From IMG/VR virus record IMGVR_UViG_3300031953_000001: 64,000 nt of DNA, one strand, 5' to 3'. The position numbers and the translations under genes are program-made. Source of the DNA: a virus (lineage: Duplodnaviria > Caudoviricetes). Of this stretch, positions 1 to 8,607 are shown piece after piece; position 1 is the stretch's first letter, and each line of letters begins with the position of its first letter. The notes below the pieces were generated by a model. That model did no database searches and was not told the origin of the DNA. It saw nothing but the letters and a program-made list of their open reading frames with translations.

Positions 1-222
1 GCGCGTCGTCCGGTCAGCGCCACGGATCGGTTTGAATCGCAGGACAAGGGATTCCAAAGGGACATACGGTCGTTCTACCGTCAGTACGCGGGTGCCAACA
101 AACACAACCCCAACGTACGGAAGGTGTTCAGCGACACGCCTTTGTCTGAAACAGATCTTGACGCTTTAGTCGACTGGATCGTCGAAGACACAGTTGTACC
201 CCTTATTCAACTCACCGCTTAG
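1..222 (+). CDS. C-terminal part of a probable thymidylate (dTMP) kinase, truncated by the window edge
   Basis: Frame +1 is open from base 1 to TAG at 220-222. It reads ...DRFESQDKGFQRDIRSFYRQYA, resembling the Tmk C-terminal DRFE..F..R..Y segment, and lies upstream of thyA. Confidence 0.5.
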   Translation, partial: ARRPVSATDRFESQDKGFQRDIRSFYRQYAGANKHNPNVRKVFSDTPLSETDLDALVDWIVEDTVVPLIQLTA

Positions 223-244
223 GTCATTTGACCCACGAGGAAGC

Positions 245-679
245 ATGTCTCATTACGGCATTGAATTAAGTGAACGTCAAGTCCTGGTTTTTGGGGAAGG
301 CGATGTGATGAACCCAAAGGACAGTATCATCGACCATTTTCCGTCTTTGGCCTCCTATTACTTCGGTCACATAAACGTCCACAAGGATCGGATTGCGGCC
401 GTGTTGGTGGAAGAATACTCACTCGCCCCAGTGATACTGGAAAGCACCGCCACCATGGCGATGTACATCCGCCCCATCATAGGTGAAGTTGCTATTGTTC
501 CTGACTCGATGTGTTACTACGTGATCGACGCCGATTGGTTGGCGATTGGGTTCTCAGTAGTGGCCACAGACGACTCAGAATGTCAGATTGTTTATTTAAC
601 CCGCACCGGTACGACCATGACCATCCCTATGGCCATAACCCCTGGAGACAAAGTCACCGCCGTGTACAGCGTCCATTAA
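245..679 (+). CDS. hypothetical protein
   Basis: ATG at 245 with GAGGA SD at 237-241; no recognisable motif. Confidence 0.6.
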   Translation: MSHYGIELSERQVLVFGEGDVMNPKDSIIDHFPSLASYYFGHINVHKDRIAAVLVEEYSLAPVILESTATMAMYIRPIIGEVAIVPDSMCYYVIDADWLAIGFSVVATDDSECQIVYLTRTGTTMTIPMAITPGDKVTAVYSVH

Positions 680-708
680 TTCCTTACAACAACACAAGAC
701 TCGGTATT

Positions 709-1260
709 ATGCACACACCCCCAAGAACCCCGCTCACCAACCCCGATGCGATTCACACCGAACTGACCGACCATTTACGTCAGTCATTAGGTGAGAGCCG
801 ATTGGCGAATATCTGCCACCACCGTGAGCAGTGTCGTAGAGACATGATAGGCTTTTGTCAGGAATACTCAGGCGATGATCGGAAGTTGATGTTCGCGTTG
901 GGTAAACTGTGGCTGTCTTTGCTGGATCACACCTTGTGGAACATAGACAACCGCAGTAACTTGTACTTCGCTCCCGATCTGAGGCTGTACGATCTGAACA
1001 TCGTGGGCTTGTGTTACGAGTGGCACGATTTTGCCGACTTTGCCCATATCGCTGATAAGTTGCCTGGGTATTCTGAATGGGCACAGAAGATTGAAAGCGA
1101 TGAGTACGTCTCTATGCACTTCATTTTCCGCACTCGCCCTAGCAGTCCCGACTTGCTGTTGCGGCCGACGTCGGCTGAGTTTTTCTCTCTTGAGAGCATT
1201 CATTTACTTGCACCCCATATCACTCAAACCCAAGTAGGATACCCCCATGAAACAATATAA
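709..1260 (+). CDS. hypothetical protein
   Basis: Likely start ATG 709 inside track ORF 511..1260; its stop overlaps the thyA start. Confidence 0.55.
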   Translation: MHTPPRTPLTNPDAIHTELTDHLRQSLGESRLANICHHREQCRRDMIGFCQEYSGDDRKLMFALGKLWLSLLDHTLWNIDNRSNLYFAPDLRLYDLNIVGLCYEWHDFADFAHIADKLPGYSEWAQKIESDEYVSMHFIFRTRPSSPDLLLRPTSAEFFSLESIHLLAPHITQTQVGYPHETI

Positions 1261-2431
1261 AGACTTATTAAACACCATCGTAGCCGGCGGCAGCACCCGC
1301 ACCGACCGCACAGGCACTGGCACCGTCAGTATTTTTGGGCATTCGATGCGGTTTGATCTGAACCAAGGCTTTCCGCTGGTGACCTTGAAGTTCACGCCAA
1401 TGCATTTGATTGTCAAGGAACTGCTCTGGTTCTTGGAAGGCAACACCAACGCTCACGACCTGACCGAGCAAGGCTGTCACATCTGGGACGAGTGGGCCAC
1501 TGAGAACGGAGATCTGGGACCTATTTACGGTAAGCAGTGGCGCAGTTGGTCTGCACCTGACCTGACGAACATTCGTGCTAAGATCGATCGCATCGAAGCG
1601 ACATTAGACGACACGACGATGTCCGGTGGCGAGGCGGACTTCAATGCAGAACAAGTCAGCGAGATGCGTCAATTGCTGTTGGAGATTCGTGAGCACGACA
1701 GTACGCGAACCATCGATCAAATTCGTGACGTCATCCAGATGATTAAAGACAAGCCTCACAGCCGCCGTCTGATCGTGTCTGCTTGGAACCCGACCGATAT
1801 GCCAGACGAATCCCTATCCCCTCAAGAGAACGTCTCTGAGGGCCGCATGGCGTTGGCTGCGTGTCACACCCTGTTTCAGTTCTACGTCAGTGATATGACC
1901 GATGAAGAACAGCACAATTGGTTCTGTCGGCAAGAAAGCAAAACCTACTGGGAACTGCATCAGTTGGCCCGCATCCACCCAGACGCCGTTAACGACGTCC
2001 CAGAAGCGCATCGGGTGGTCTGGAAGAACGTAGGTGCTGACATTTGGTATTACAAAGGTGCCTATGAGGTCTTCAACGCGTACGCTCGCCAGCACGCGCC
2101 AAAGGGCAAATTGTCTTGTCAGCTCTACCAAAGATCATGTGATTCATTTTTGGGTGTCCCGTTCAATATCGCCTCCTATGCGCTACTGACACACATGATC
2201 GCTCAGGTCTGTGATCTGGCGGTGGGCGATTTTGTGTGGACCGGTGGGGATGTGCATTTGTATCTAAATGCAATAGAGCAAACCAAAGAACTGGTTTCAC
2301 GGGAACCTAAGAAACTGCCAACGTTAAAACTCAATCCGGCCATTAAAGACATAGATGCGTTCACACTGGACGACATCGAACTGGTGGGGTACGAGTCGCA
2401 CCCAGCCATTAAGGTCAAAGTGTCTGTATAG
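1247..2431 (+). CDS. thyA: thymidylate synthase ThyA with two large insertions
   Basis: Motifs [46 protein letters not shown] (catalytic Cys) and [17 protein letters not shown] (Asn indicates dUMP specificity). Confidence 0.95.
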   Translation: MKQYKDLLNTIVAGGSTRTDRTGTGTVSIFGHSMRFDLNQGFPLVTLKFTPMHLIVKELLWFLEGNTNAHDLTEQGCHIWDEWATENGDLGPIYGKQWRSWSAPDLTNIRAKIDRIEATLDDTTMSGGEADFNAEQVSEMRQLLLEIREHDSTRTIDQIRDVIQMIKDKPHSRRLIVSAWNPTDMPDESLSPQENVSEGRMALAACHTLFQFYVSDMTDEEQHNWFCRQESKTYWELHQLARIHPDAVNDVPEAHRVVWKNVGADIWYYKGAYEVFNAYARQHAPKGKLSCQLYQRSCDSFLGVPFNIASYALLTHMIAQVCDLAVGDFVWTGGDVHLYLNAIEQTKELVSREPKKLPTLKLNPAIKDIDAFTLDDIELVGYESHPAIKVKVSV

Positions 2432-2458
2432 AAAGGCTTATTTGGAAGGGACAGAATC

Positions 2459-2743
2459 GTGACTGACAAACCGTTTGAGACGACCCCAGATGGATATCAA
2501 AAGGCCAAAGAGTGGTTATCTGAACACAATCTATCACACAAGATCGAGGGCGAGCAGTCTGCCGATGGGTTCACGCTTGTCGCCTTAGCCAACCATTTAA
2601 GGCTGGTTCTACGGTACGAGCGTCGAAAGTACGAAAACTTCCGAGCAAGCTCTCGCCTCGAGGGAATTGAGTTGTCTGCATCGCAGTCGACTGAGTCGCT
2701 GGCAGACGTTATCGCCAGACACAAGACCCCACCCACGACATAA
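2459..2743 (+). CDS. protein with a C-terminal YhfG/FicA-like Fic-antitoxin segment
   Basis: YENFRASSRLEGIE resembles YhfG NFQASRRLEG and fits the (S/T)xxxE(G/N) Fic-inhibition motif. Confidence 0.55.
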   Translation: MTDKPFETTPDGYQKAKEWLSEHNLSHKIEGEQSADGFTLVALANHLRLVLRYERRKYENFRASSRLEGIELSASQSTESLADVIARHKTPPTT

Positions 2744-2763
2744 AGAAAAGGTTACGAAATAAG

Positions 2764-2795
2764 ATAAAGAGGCCTTCGGGCCTCTTTATTTTTTG
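2764..2795 (+). terminator. intrinsic terminator after the thyA operon
   Basis: ATAAAGAGGCC-TTCG-GGCCTCTTTAT followed by a T-tract. Confidence 0.85.
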
Positions 2796-2811
2796 TTTTG
2801 ACTGGAGGGAT

Positions 2812-2835
2812 GTTGAAACATATATCATCGAGGTG
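2812..2835 (+). promoter_or_regulatory. putative early phage promoter (TATATCAT class)
   Basis: GTTGAAACATATATCATCGAGGTG; the motif recurs at 25819, 29219 and 40804, each upstream of a gene. Confidence 0.6.
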
Positions 2836-2867
2836 ATCTAACCTTACCTTGTATTTAGGGGACACAC

Positions 2868-3074
2868 ATGCCTAAGAAAGACACAGCGTCTAAACGTAAC
2901 TTCATCATGTCTGATAGAGACTACGATTATTTTAAGCTCCTTGGTGGTGGTAATGCCACCGCGGGTTTGCGAGTAGCGGCCATGATTGTGAGAACGTTGG
3001 ACAGTCAACACGGTCTTTTGGAAGATACCCACATCCGGCCATTAGGTTGCCTATTTCAGTCTAATGCCAAATAA
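2868..3074 (+). CDS. small putative DNA-binding (ribbon-helix-helix-like) protein
   Basis: Basic N-terminal strand followed by LLGGGNATAGLR, a pattern seen in small RHH-like phage/plasmid proteins; first gene after the promoter motif. Confidence 0.45.
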   Translation: MPKKDTASKRNFIMSDRDYDYFKLLGGGNATAGLRVAAMIVRTLDSQHGLLEDTHIRPLGCLFQSNAK

Positions 3075-3126
3075 AGAGAGAGACACACGACTCTCTCTAT
3101 TAACGCTAATTCATTAGGAGTTTAAG

Positions 3127-3654
3127 ATGTCCGCACTCGACGCCGTAACTGTTTTTACTGAATTTTACCACAAAATAGAGACATCAGAAATAGTAAAGAC
3201 CTATGACAGCGACATGTTCTATATGTTACTGCATCAAAAAGAACCCGAAGGCGCTAAAGTTGTAACGGCCGTAACGCGCAATCGCGTGCGGTTTATTCAG
3301 TTGTACACTAAGATCGGTAATCTCGTCTTCTACGTTCAGGAATTCCGGGATGCAGCACCTCAGGTGCAAGTGGAGGTGGCTGACGCGTGGCGTAGTGTTA
3401 TAAAACCGTATCTACCTGTCACAGGAGAGCAACTGACTCAGTATTTAGAAGACAGTTTTAATGATGTAGAGACGAACTACTTTAGAGAGGCGTTGAGAAC
3501 GATTCTAGGCGCGGCGGTGCCTGAATTAGAAAAAGAAGAGTATGAAAACTCAATAGGGACGATTGAATACACAACTGACAAACCCCCACAGGTCTATACG
3601 TACACCCTAGATGCCTATAAGGTACTCGCTCAGATCAAGAACGCGTATGAGTGA
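3127..3654 (+). CDS. hypothetical protein
   Basis: AGGAG SD; 175-aa ORF. Confidence 0.7.
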   Translation: MSALDAVTVFTEFYHKIETSEIVKTYDSDMFYMLLHQKEPEGAKVVTAVTRNRVRFIQLYTKIGNLVFYVQEFRDAAPQVQVEVADAWRSVIKPYLPVTGEQLTQYLEDSFNDVETNYFREALRTILGAAVPELEKEEYENSIGTIEYTTDKPPQVYTYTLDAYKVLAQIKNAYE

Positions 3655-3737
3655 ACGTTCAGTCCTTTTATTTTTGACTTAGGAGAATAACAGTATGTTT
3701 AAAAGTAGATATGTGCTCGCCACCTTAAGGGGAAACC

Positions 3738-4019
3738 ATGCCAAGATACACATTTAGAACTGAAGGTCCTTTCGTCGGCGAGAAAGAACGCGTTGAAACG
3801 TTGGTTCAAGAACTGGGGTTATCCATCGTTAAACATTGGGTGGAGTACGATAGACGAGATTGGGCGTTGGATTTCTTTACCGTTGAAACTGAAATCGATG
3901 ACGTTGAGGTCCTTCGTGCTAAGATGACCGAACTGATCCTTAACGACCCTCGGTTTGAAGATCTGCATCGGTGTGAACAAACCCTTAATCCCGGAGATGC
4001 GGTTAAAGACCCATTTTAG
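3738..4019 (+). CDS. hypothetical protein, paralog of 4921..5250
   Basis: Shares YTFxTEGP, HW, FTVET and F.DLH.C.QTLN.G with the 4921 ORF. Confidence 0.75.
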   Translation: MPRYTFRTEGPFVGEKERVETLVQELGLSIVKHWVEYDRRDWALDFFTVETEIDDVEVLRAKMTELILNDPRFEDLHRCEQTLNPGDAVKDPF

Positions 4020-4033
4020 ACAACGTCCAAGTA

Positions 4034-4873
4034 ATGGAGAATATCACTATGGTTAGATCAACACCTGCACTTACCGACGAACAGAAAATCGACGATTTGT
4101 GGTACGACTTAAATATCCTCGGATTTAAAGACATGCGACGTTGCTGCATTAGAGACTTGGCCGCTCTACGTGGATCTATCGAAGCTGTGATCACCACAAC
4201 GGAAGTCCAACTTATACTGATGGACGGCGTTGGTAAGAAGACGATGCGAGAAATTAAAGATCTGGTAACCAGCGTTAGATTCCGCCAAAACATCCTCGAC
4301 GCCAAACTTCAGGGGGTGTTGAGGACCTCGGTGTCGGACAAATTCATCCAGAAAGCGATTAACGAAAGGCGTGGTATGAGCGAACGCAAGCGGCAGGCGT
4401 TAGGCATCACGGCAAGTCCCAGGTCGATGGTGGATGCGATCATGCTTCGTAAAGACATCTACGAAAAGCACGGTATGCCGGATTATAAGACGATCGGTTC
4501 AGCCGGCATTGATCTGCGCGCCTGCATTGATGAATCCATCGTGTTGGCCCCAGGCGAGGTCAAAATGATCGGCTCTGGGTTAAAGATCCACGTTCAAGAC
4601 CCTAACTATGCGGCTATCCTCCTGCCTCGCTCAGGACTGGGTGCCAAGCACGGCATTGTACTGGGCAACCTGGTGGGTCTGATTGACTCGGACTATCAAG
4701 GTGAGATGGGCATGTCGATCTGGAACCGCAGCGATAAGGAGTACTTGATCGAGCCTGGAGACCGCATTGCTCAACTGGTGGTCATCAAGGTCGAGCAAAT
4801 CGTATTAAGTTGGGTGGATAAGTTTGAATCCACTGAGCGCGGTTCCGCTGGGTTTGGCTCTACTGGGGTTTAA
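4034..4873 (+). CDS. dut: trimeric dUTPase with an N-terminal extension containing an RNAP alpha-CTD-like segment
   Basis: All five dUTPase motifs are present (GSAGIDLRA, PRSG, GLIDSDYQGE, GDRIAQLV, RGSAGFGSTG). The core begins near M132 (4427). Confidence 0.92.
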   Translation: MENITMVRSTPALTDEQKIDDLWYDLNILGFKDMRRCCIRDLAALRGSIEAVITTTEVQLILMDGVGKKTMREIKDLVTSVRFRQNILDAKLQGVLRTSVSDKFIQKAINERRGMSERKRQALGITASPRSMVDAIMLRKDIYEKHGMPDYKTIGSAGIDLRACIDESIVLAPGEVKMIGSGLKIHVQDPNYAAILLPRSGLGAKHGIVLGNLVGLIDSDYQGEMGMSIWNRSDKEYLIEPGDRIAQLVVIKVEQIVLSWVDKFESTERGSAGFGSTGV

Positions 4874-4920
4874 CCCATCGCCATTGGGGACTCATGTCCC
4901 CTTTTTTTATCGGAGTAAGC

Positions 4921-5250
4921 ATGTTCGTATATACGTTTTGTACCGAAGGGCCCGGCGACGGTCCTAGGGCTGAGAAGTTAATCCACGCGTTGAACCTAAA
5001 GACGGTGAACCACTGGCAGGTGGAGAACCCGATGGGGTACTTTTTGAGTGTCTTTACAGTGGAGACCGACGCGCTTCTCGAAGACCTGCGTGATCGAATG
5101 GCCGCTTTGATCCTTAGAGACACAGCCGCATGTCTGGCAGGGGAAGATTACAGACTCCTACCTTTTGTCGATCTCCATCAGTGCGCCCAGACGTTAAACC
5201 GCGGTATAAAACCCAAATGGCCTTACGACGACCCTGCGAGTGAGGATTAA
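4921..5250 (+). CDS. hypothetical protein, paralog of 3738..4019
   Basis: ATG at 4921 with GGAG SD; shared motifs as above. Confidence 0.7.
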   Translation: MFVYTFCTEGPGDGPRAEKLIHALNLKTVNHWQVENPMGYFLSVFTVETDALLEDLRDRMAALILRDTAACLAGEDYRLLPFVDLHQCAQTLNRGIKPKWPYDDPASED

Positions 5251-5709
5251 AGTCATGAATAAGAAAACTTTTATCAAAAAGTATTTTGAGTTCTTAGAGC
5301 AGTTGGGGTTGAGAGCTTCAACCGACGATCGGGCGAAAGCCAAGGAAGTCGTGGAACGGCTATACCGTAACTACCCAAAAGAACCGCCGTCGCCTGCTGT
5401 CCTGGAATCCTTAAAGAAGTATGCGCCTGAGGCCAGTGATGAGGAAGCTCATGCAGGTACGACCGACGACCAGCACCGATCGCCCATGTCGGTTCGAGAG
5501 TCTCTGGCTAATGAACCGACATTCGCTGGCTTGTCGATAGCGACCGGTGACTACGACCCTGCGAGTGAGGAATAGCACCGTGAATAAGAAAGCCTTTATC
5601 AAAAAGTATTTTGAGTTCTTAGAGCAGTCTGGCCTGTCTGCTAATCGGGTTCGAGTATCTTACGGAGGCGCTCTGTTGATGTTGGGGCTGAGAACCTCAA
5701 CCGACGATC
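5228..5709 (+). repeat. direct repeat, 325-nt offset: 5228-5330 vs 5553-5709 (copy 1 has a 54-nt deletion)
   Basis: Identical blocks ACGACCCTGCGAGTGAGGA (5228-5246 / 5553-5571) and TTTATCAAAAAGTATTTTGAGTTCTTAGAGCAGT (5270-5303 / 5595-5628). Confidence 0.95.
5255..5575 (+). CDS. chimeric ORF with an N-terminus duplicated from the downstream nucleotidyltransferase (GG motif deleted); possible pseudogene
   Basis: MNKKTFIKKYFEFLEQ-LGLRASTDD vs MNKKAFIKKYFEFLEQ(18 aa)LGLRTSTDD. Confidence 0.5.
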   Translation: MNKKTFIKKYFEFLEQLGLRASTDDRAKAKEVVERLYRNYPKEPPSPAVLESLKKYAPEASDEEAHAGTTDDQHRSPMSVRESLANEPTFAGLSIATGDYDPASEE

Positions 5710-6014
5710 TGGATTTAGACATCCCTAAAGAGTCCTATGAGCATTTGGTCACCACCCACAAACTTAAACGAGAAATGCGCAAAGTTGGTGAGTGCGCCAA
5801 CTGGAATCGCGACGTTAGTCTAAAAGCGGACGGCGATCTGAGTAAAGGCGTATTCATTGACGGCGTTTGGGTGGATACGCCAGAAGACGTACTCCGGAGA
5901 AAGAAAGCTCTCAATCGACCAAAAGATCAAGAAGATATTGTGAAGCTTACACGTCTGATTGAATACAACACGCCAACATCGCCGAAGAAATCTCGTAGTT
6001 GGGTGAACTGGTAG
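5580..6014 (+). CDS. minimal Pol-beta-superfamily nucleotidyltransferase
   Basis: GTG start with GAGGA SD; YGGALLMLGLRTSTDDLDL fits hG[GS]x9-13Dh[DE]h. Confidence 0.65.
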   Translation: MNKKAFIKKYFEFLEQSGLSANRVRVSYGGALLMLGLRTSTDDLDLDIPKESYEHLVTTHKLKREMRKVGECANWNRDVSLKADGDLSKGVFIDGVWVDTPEDVLRRKKALNRPKDQEDIVKLTRLIEYNTPTSPKKSRSWVNW

Positions 6015-6036
6015 ACAGTAATAAGGGTAGTTGATT

Positions 6037-6195
6037 ATGGACAAGTCTAATGTTGAGAAAAAGATCGAAGCACAGCGGGAGCAGTTTAAGGCACAAACCA
6101 AACAGACCGACCAGGCCTTTGACGCTCTGATTAAATCCTACCCCGACCCTCAAAAGGCCTTGTCCTACCTGAAAGGACGGTTGAACATTCGGTAG
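6037..6195 (+). CDS. small hypothetical protein (52 aa, below the track cutoff)
   Basis: MDKSNVEKKIEAQREQF...; fills the gap between co-directional genes and has an AAGGG SD. Confidence 0.55.
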   Translation: MDKSNVEKKIEAQREQFKAQTKQTDQAFDALIKSYPDPQKALSYLKGRLNIR

Positions 6196-6225
6196 TGATA
6201 GGAACTAACAGCTAAAGGACCGATT

Positions 6226-6654
6226 ATGAAACGTCTATTAAAAACCGCATTAACCTCAACGGCGGCGGTTGTCCTTATTGTCGGAAACCCTGAGAAGATG
6301 AAAGGCCAAGAGAAGTTGGCCGGCGCTTACTACCGGGCCATTACCGACTTCGTTGAATCGCAAGGCTTTGCGGTTAAAGTCGACCCAGGCGAACCCAAGA
6401 CGTGTCCAGACATGAGTGCAGCGTTCTGGATAGCGCACAGCCGTGGGGTGGATCGCATTCGATGCATCGATCCTAAGGATCAATGGCGGTTTTTAAAGTT
6501 AGGTGACCCAGACGGCGTTATCCACCCGGTCGACGCTAAATGGCAGGCTGGAATCACCGATCACCGAGGCTCTAAGGAGATGCCCCCCAAGGAACACTTT
6601 GAATTCACTGAGAATCAGAAGCAAGCAATTGTGGATCTGATCAAAAAACTATAA
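6226..6654 (+). CDS. hypothetical protein, possible small alpha/beta-hydrolase-like fold
   Basis: AAGGA SD; IAHSRG resembles a nucleophile elbow. Confidence 0.45.
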   Translation: MKRLLKTALTSTAAVVLIVGNPEKMKGQEKLAGAYYRAITDFVESQGFAVKVDPGEPKTCPDMSAAFWIAHSRGVDRIRCIDPKDQWRFLKLGDPDGVIHPVDAKWQAGITDHRGSKEMPPKEHFEFTENQKQAIVDLIKKL

Positions 6655-6741
6655 GGTAAGGAATACCGAAGTAGGTCGTTATTCCCTTAACTGAAGTAAA
6701 ACCAATTTTAAAACCCGCTCCTAACCACAAAGAGACATGCT

Positions 6742-7239
6742 ATGAACCTATTGATCATTGGCCATCGACAACACGGTAAGACCGACGTTGGTAAAACGCT
6801 GGCGGATCGGTTGGCCACCAAAGCTCACGATTCGTCCTGGTTCATGGCCGAGCGAGTCGTTTACCCGGCCCTTAAAGTTGAGTGCGGCTATTCGAGCGTT
6901 GAGGACTGTTACGCCGACCGAGGCCGCCACCGTCAGGCGTGGTTTGAGTTGATCGAAGCGTACAACGACGAACCCGACCGTCTGACTCGGGCTATCTTAA
7001 GCGAAGGCACCATCTACATTGGGATGCGCTCTCGCATGGAGTTTGAAGGCTCCAAGCAGCACTTTGATGCGGTGATCTGGGTAGACGGCTCAGAACGAGT
7101 GTCTGAGGAACCGGCCACATCCATGAAGTTAACGCCTGCCGATGCCGATTATGTCATTAACAACAACGGCACGGTTGACGAGCTTCCGGCTCAGATCGAA
7201 CGATTATTACTCTGGTTAAACGAGATACAGTATGAATAA
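6742..7239 (+). CDS. deoxynucleoside monophosphate kinase-like P-loop protein
   Basis: N-terminal LIIGHRQHGKTDV P-loop, DR..HRQ.W and C-terminal ADYVINNNGT, typical of phage dNMP kinases. Confidence 0.75.
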   Translation: MNLLIIGHRQHGKTDVGKTLADRLATKAHDSSWFMAERVVYPALKVECGYSSVEDCYADRGRHRQAWFELIEAYNDEPDRLTRAILSEGTIYIGMRSRMEFEGSKQHFDAVIWVDGSERVSEEPATSMKLTPADADYVINNNGTVDELPAQIERLLLWLNEIQYE

Positions 7240-7414
7240 ACTGTCTGTTATTTTAGACGCACTGGAAGCCAACGGCATACGTGTTGTGCCACCCCCGCCC
7301 ATAAAACAATCCAAACACAAGCCACCGACGGAAGAGCAGGAACGTCTGAAACTCGAAGCGCAACGCAAACGCGAGCGTCGGGCTCAGAAACGCCGCCGCG
7401 CCAGCACTCGGTAA
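7232..7414 (+). CDS. small basic hypothetical protein
   Basis: Overlaps the kinase stop; K/R-rich C-terminus. Confidence 0.55.
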   Translation: MNKLSVILDALEANGIRVVPPPPIKQSKHKPPTEEQERLKLEAQRKRERRAQKRRRASTR

Positions 7415-7612
7415 GAAGACTCACATTAATCCAATAGATGAGAAGGAAGTGATACGTGTACGCTACTGGCAGTATCTTAACCATGCCCCGGATAATAATC
7501 CTTCTGGTTGCTTTGATTAAGATCAGTGAATTCACTGAGTCCAAATCTTACGTAAGGCAAACCTCTTTGGCCGATACGGAAATTCAACTCACCCACTCGA
7601 CCGAGGTACTTC

Positions 7613-7825
7613 ATGTCTCCAGATAGACCCCAAGTCGACTTAGACAACACCGGGATGGACGAACGCACCATCGAAAAACGCTACGCGGCCCTGATGGGTA
7701 AAAAGAAGTCCAAGCTGGATCGAACCCAGACGGATGAGAACGCCCTTCAGGACGCTCAGGAGAAACGTCGATTAAAGGCGCGTAAACGTCTAGCCCAAAC
7801 TGCAACGGTCGCTCAGAGTGTTTAG
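7613..7825 (+). CDS. small basic hypothetical protein
   Basis: GAGG SD; stop overlaps the nuclease start. Confidence 0.5.
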   Translation: MSPDRPQVDLDNTGMDERTIEKRYAALMGKKKSKLDRTQTDENALQDAQEKRRLKARKRLAQTATVAQSV

Positions 7826-8291
7826 AACCTGCTTCTACGCGATCTTTGTCTTTGCGTTGCTGTGTCTGGGTGCCCCTGTGGCCTCAGCCGACACCCGCTG
7901 GACAATCAATCCGAACCACATCGCCCGCTATTACGACGGCGATACGTTCTACGTAAATCTGCCCGGACTGCCGGTGGTCTTCGGAGAGGAGCTGCCAATC
8001 CGACTGCTGAACATCGACACTCCTGAATTGCGCAGTCGCTGTAAAGACCCAGATATAAAACTTCAAGAGAAAGCCCTGGCTCGTGAGGCTCGGGATTACC
8101 TTATCCAACAGTTGGAGCAAGCGCAGGTTATTCGCATCCAAGATCTGGAGCGGGGCAGTTTCTTTCGAGTGGTGGCCAACGTGTACATTGACGACGTTTG
8201 GCTCAACGCTCAGATGGTGGAAGCCGGCTACGCGGTAGACGTCTTTGATGGTAAGAGTGCCGACTGGTGTGAGTTGCTGATCGGACAATAA
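7818..8291 (+). CDS. staphylococcal-nuclease (thermonuclease) family protein with a signal peptide
   Basis: YDGDTF, IRLLNIDTPE, R.VA.VY.D and LN.QMVEAGYA motifs; hydrophobic N-terminus ending ASA. Confidence 0.88.
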   Translation: MFRTCFYAIFVFALLCLGAPVASADTRWTINPNHIARYYDGDTFYVNLPGLPVVFGEELPIRLLNIDTPELRSRCKDPDIKLQEKALAREARDYLIQQLEQAQVIRIQDLERGSFFRVVANVYIDDVWLNAQMVEAGYAVDVFDGKSADWCELLIGQ

Positions 8292-8292
8292 A

Positions 8293-8330
8293 CGGCATAA
8301 GGGAAGGGCCGTGGCCCTTCCCTATGTCTG
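8293..8330. terminator. bidirectional hairpin of the CATA..TATG family between convergent genes
   Basis: CGGCATAAGGGAAGGGCC-GT-GGCCCTTCCCTATG. Confidence 0.7.
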
Positions 8331-8332
8331 CC

Positions 8333-8563
8333 TCAAACGTAGTAACCGCCAACGTCCGCTGTCCCGCGATTGTCTACGGGTTCCACGTCGCGATCTTGAG
8401 ACGACGCAATCACGTTCCCTTTTGCCAACCACTGTTCCACGTCAAGTGCTAGCTCAGCGCGTAAAGCCGGTTTGTTCCACGCTTGGGTCTTGATGTGCCG
8501 GATCGTGTCGTTTGAAGGAGTCTCCAGGTCCTGATCCGAGCCGCTGTTGTTTGACAGTACCAT
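8333..8563 (-). CDS. SutA RNAP-binding-domain-like small protein
   Basis: KPALRAELALDVEQWLAKGNVI resembles the SutA helix K..R..L...MEEFL..GG.V; ATGGTATG motif upstream. Confidence 0.45.
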   Translation of the reverse strand: MVLSNNSGSDQDLETPSNDTIRHIKTQAWNKPALRAELALDVEQWLAKGNVIASSQDRDVEPVDNRGTADVGGYYV

Positions 8564-8607
8564 CTTCTACGTTCCCATGTTAGGTTTGTGTGTAACACTC
8601 AGTGTGC

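Noticed and set aside
1247-2431. thyA insertions as a group I intron or intein; enzyme as a dCMP hydroxymethylase
   Set aside because: The reading frame is continuous with no intron core or C/S...HN intein ends, and PFNIASY keeps the dUMP-specific Asn.
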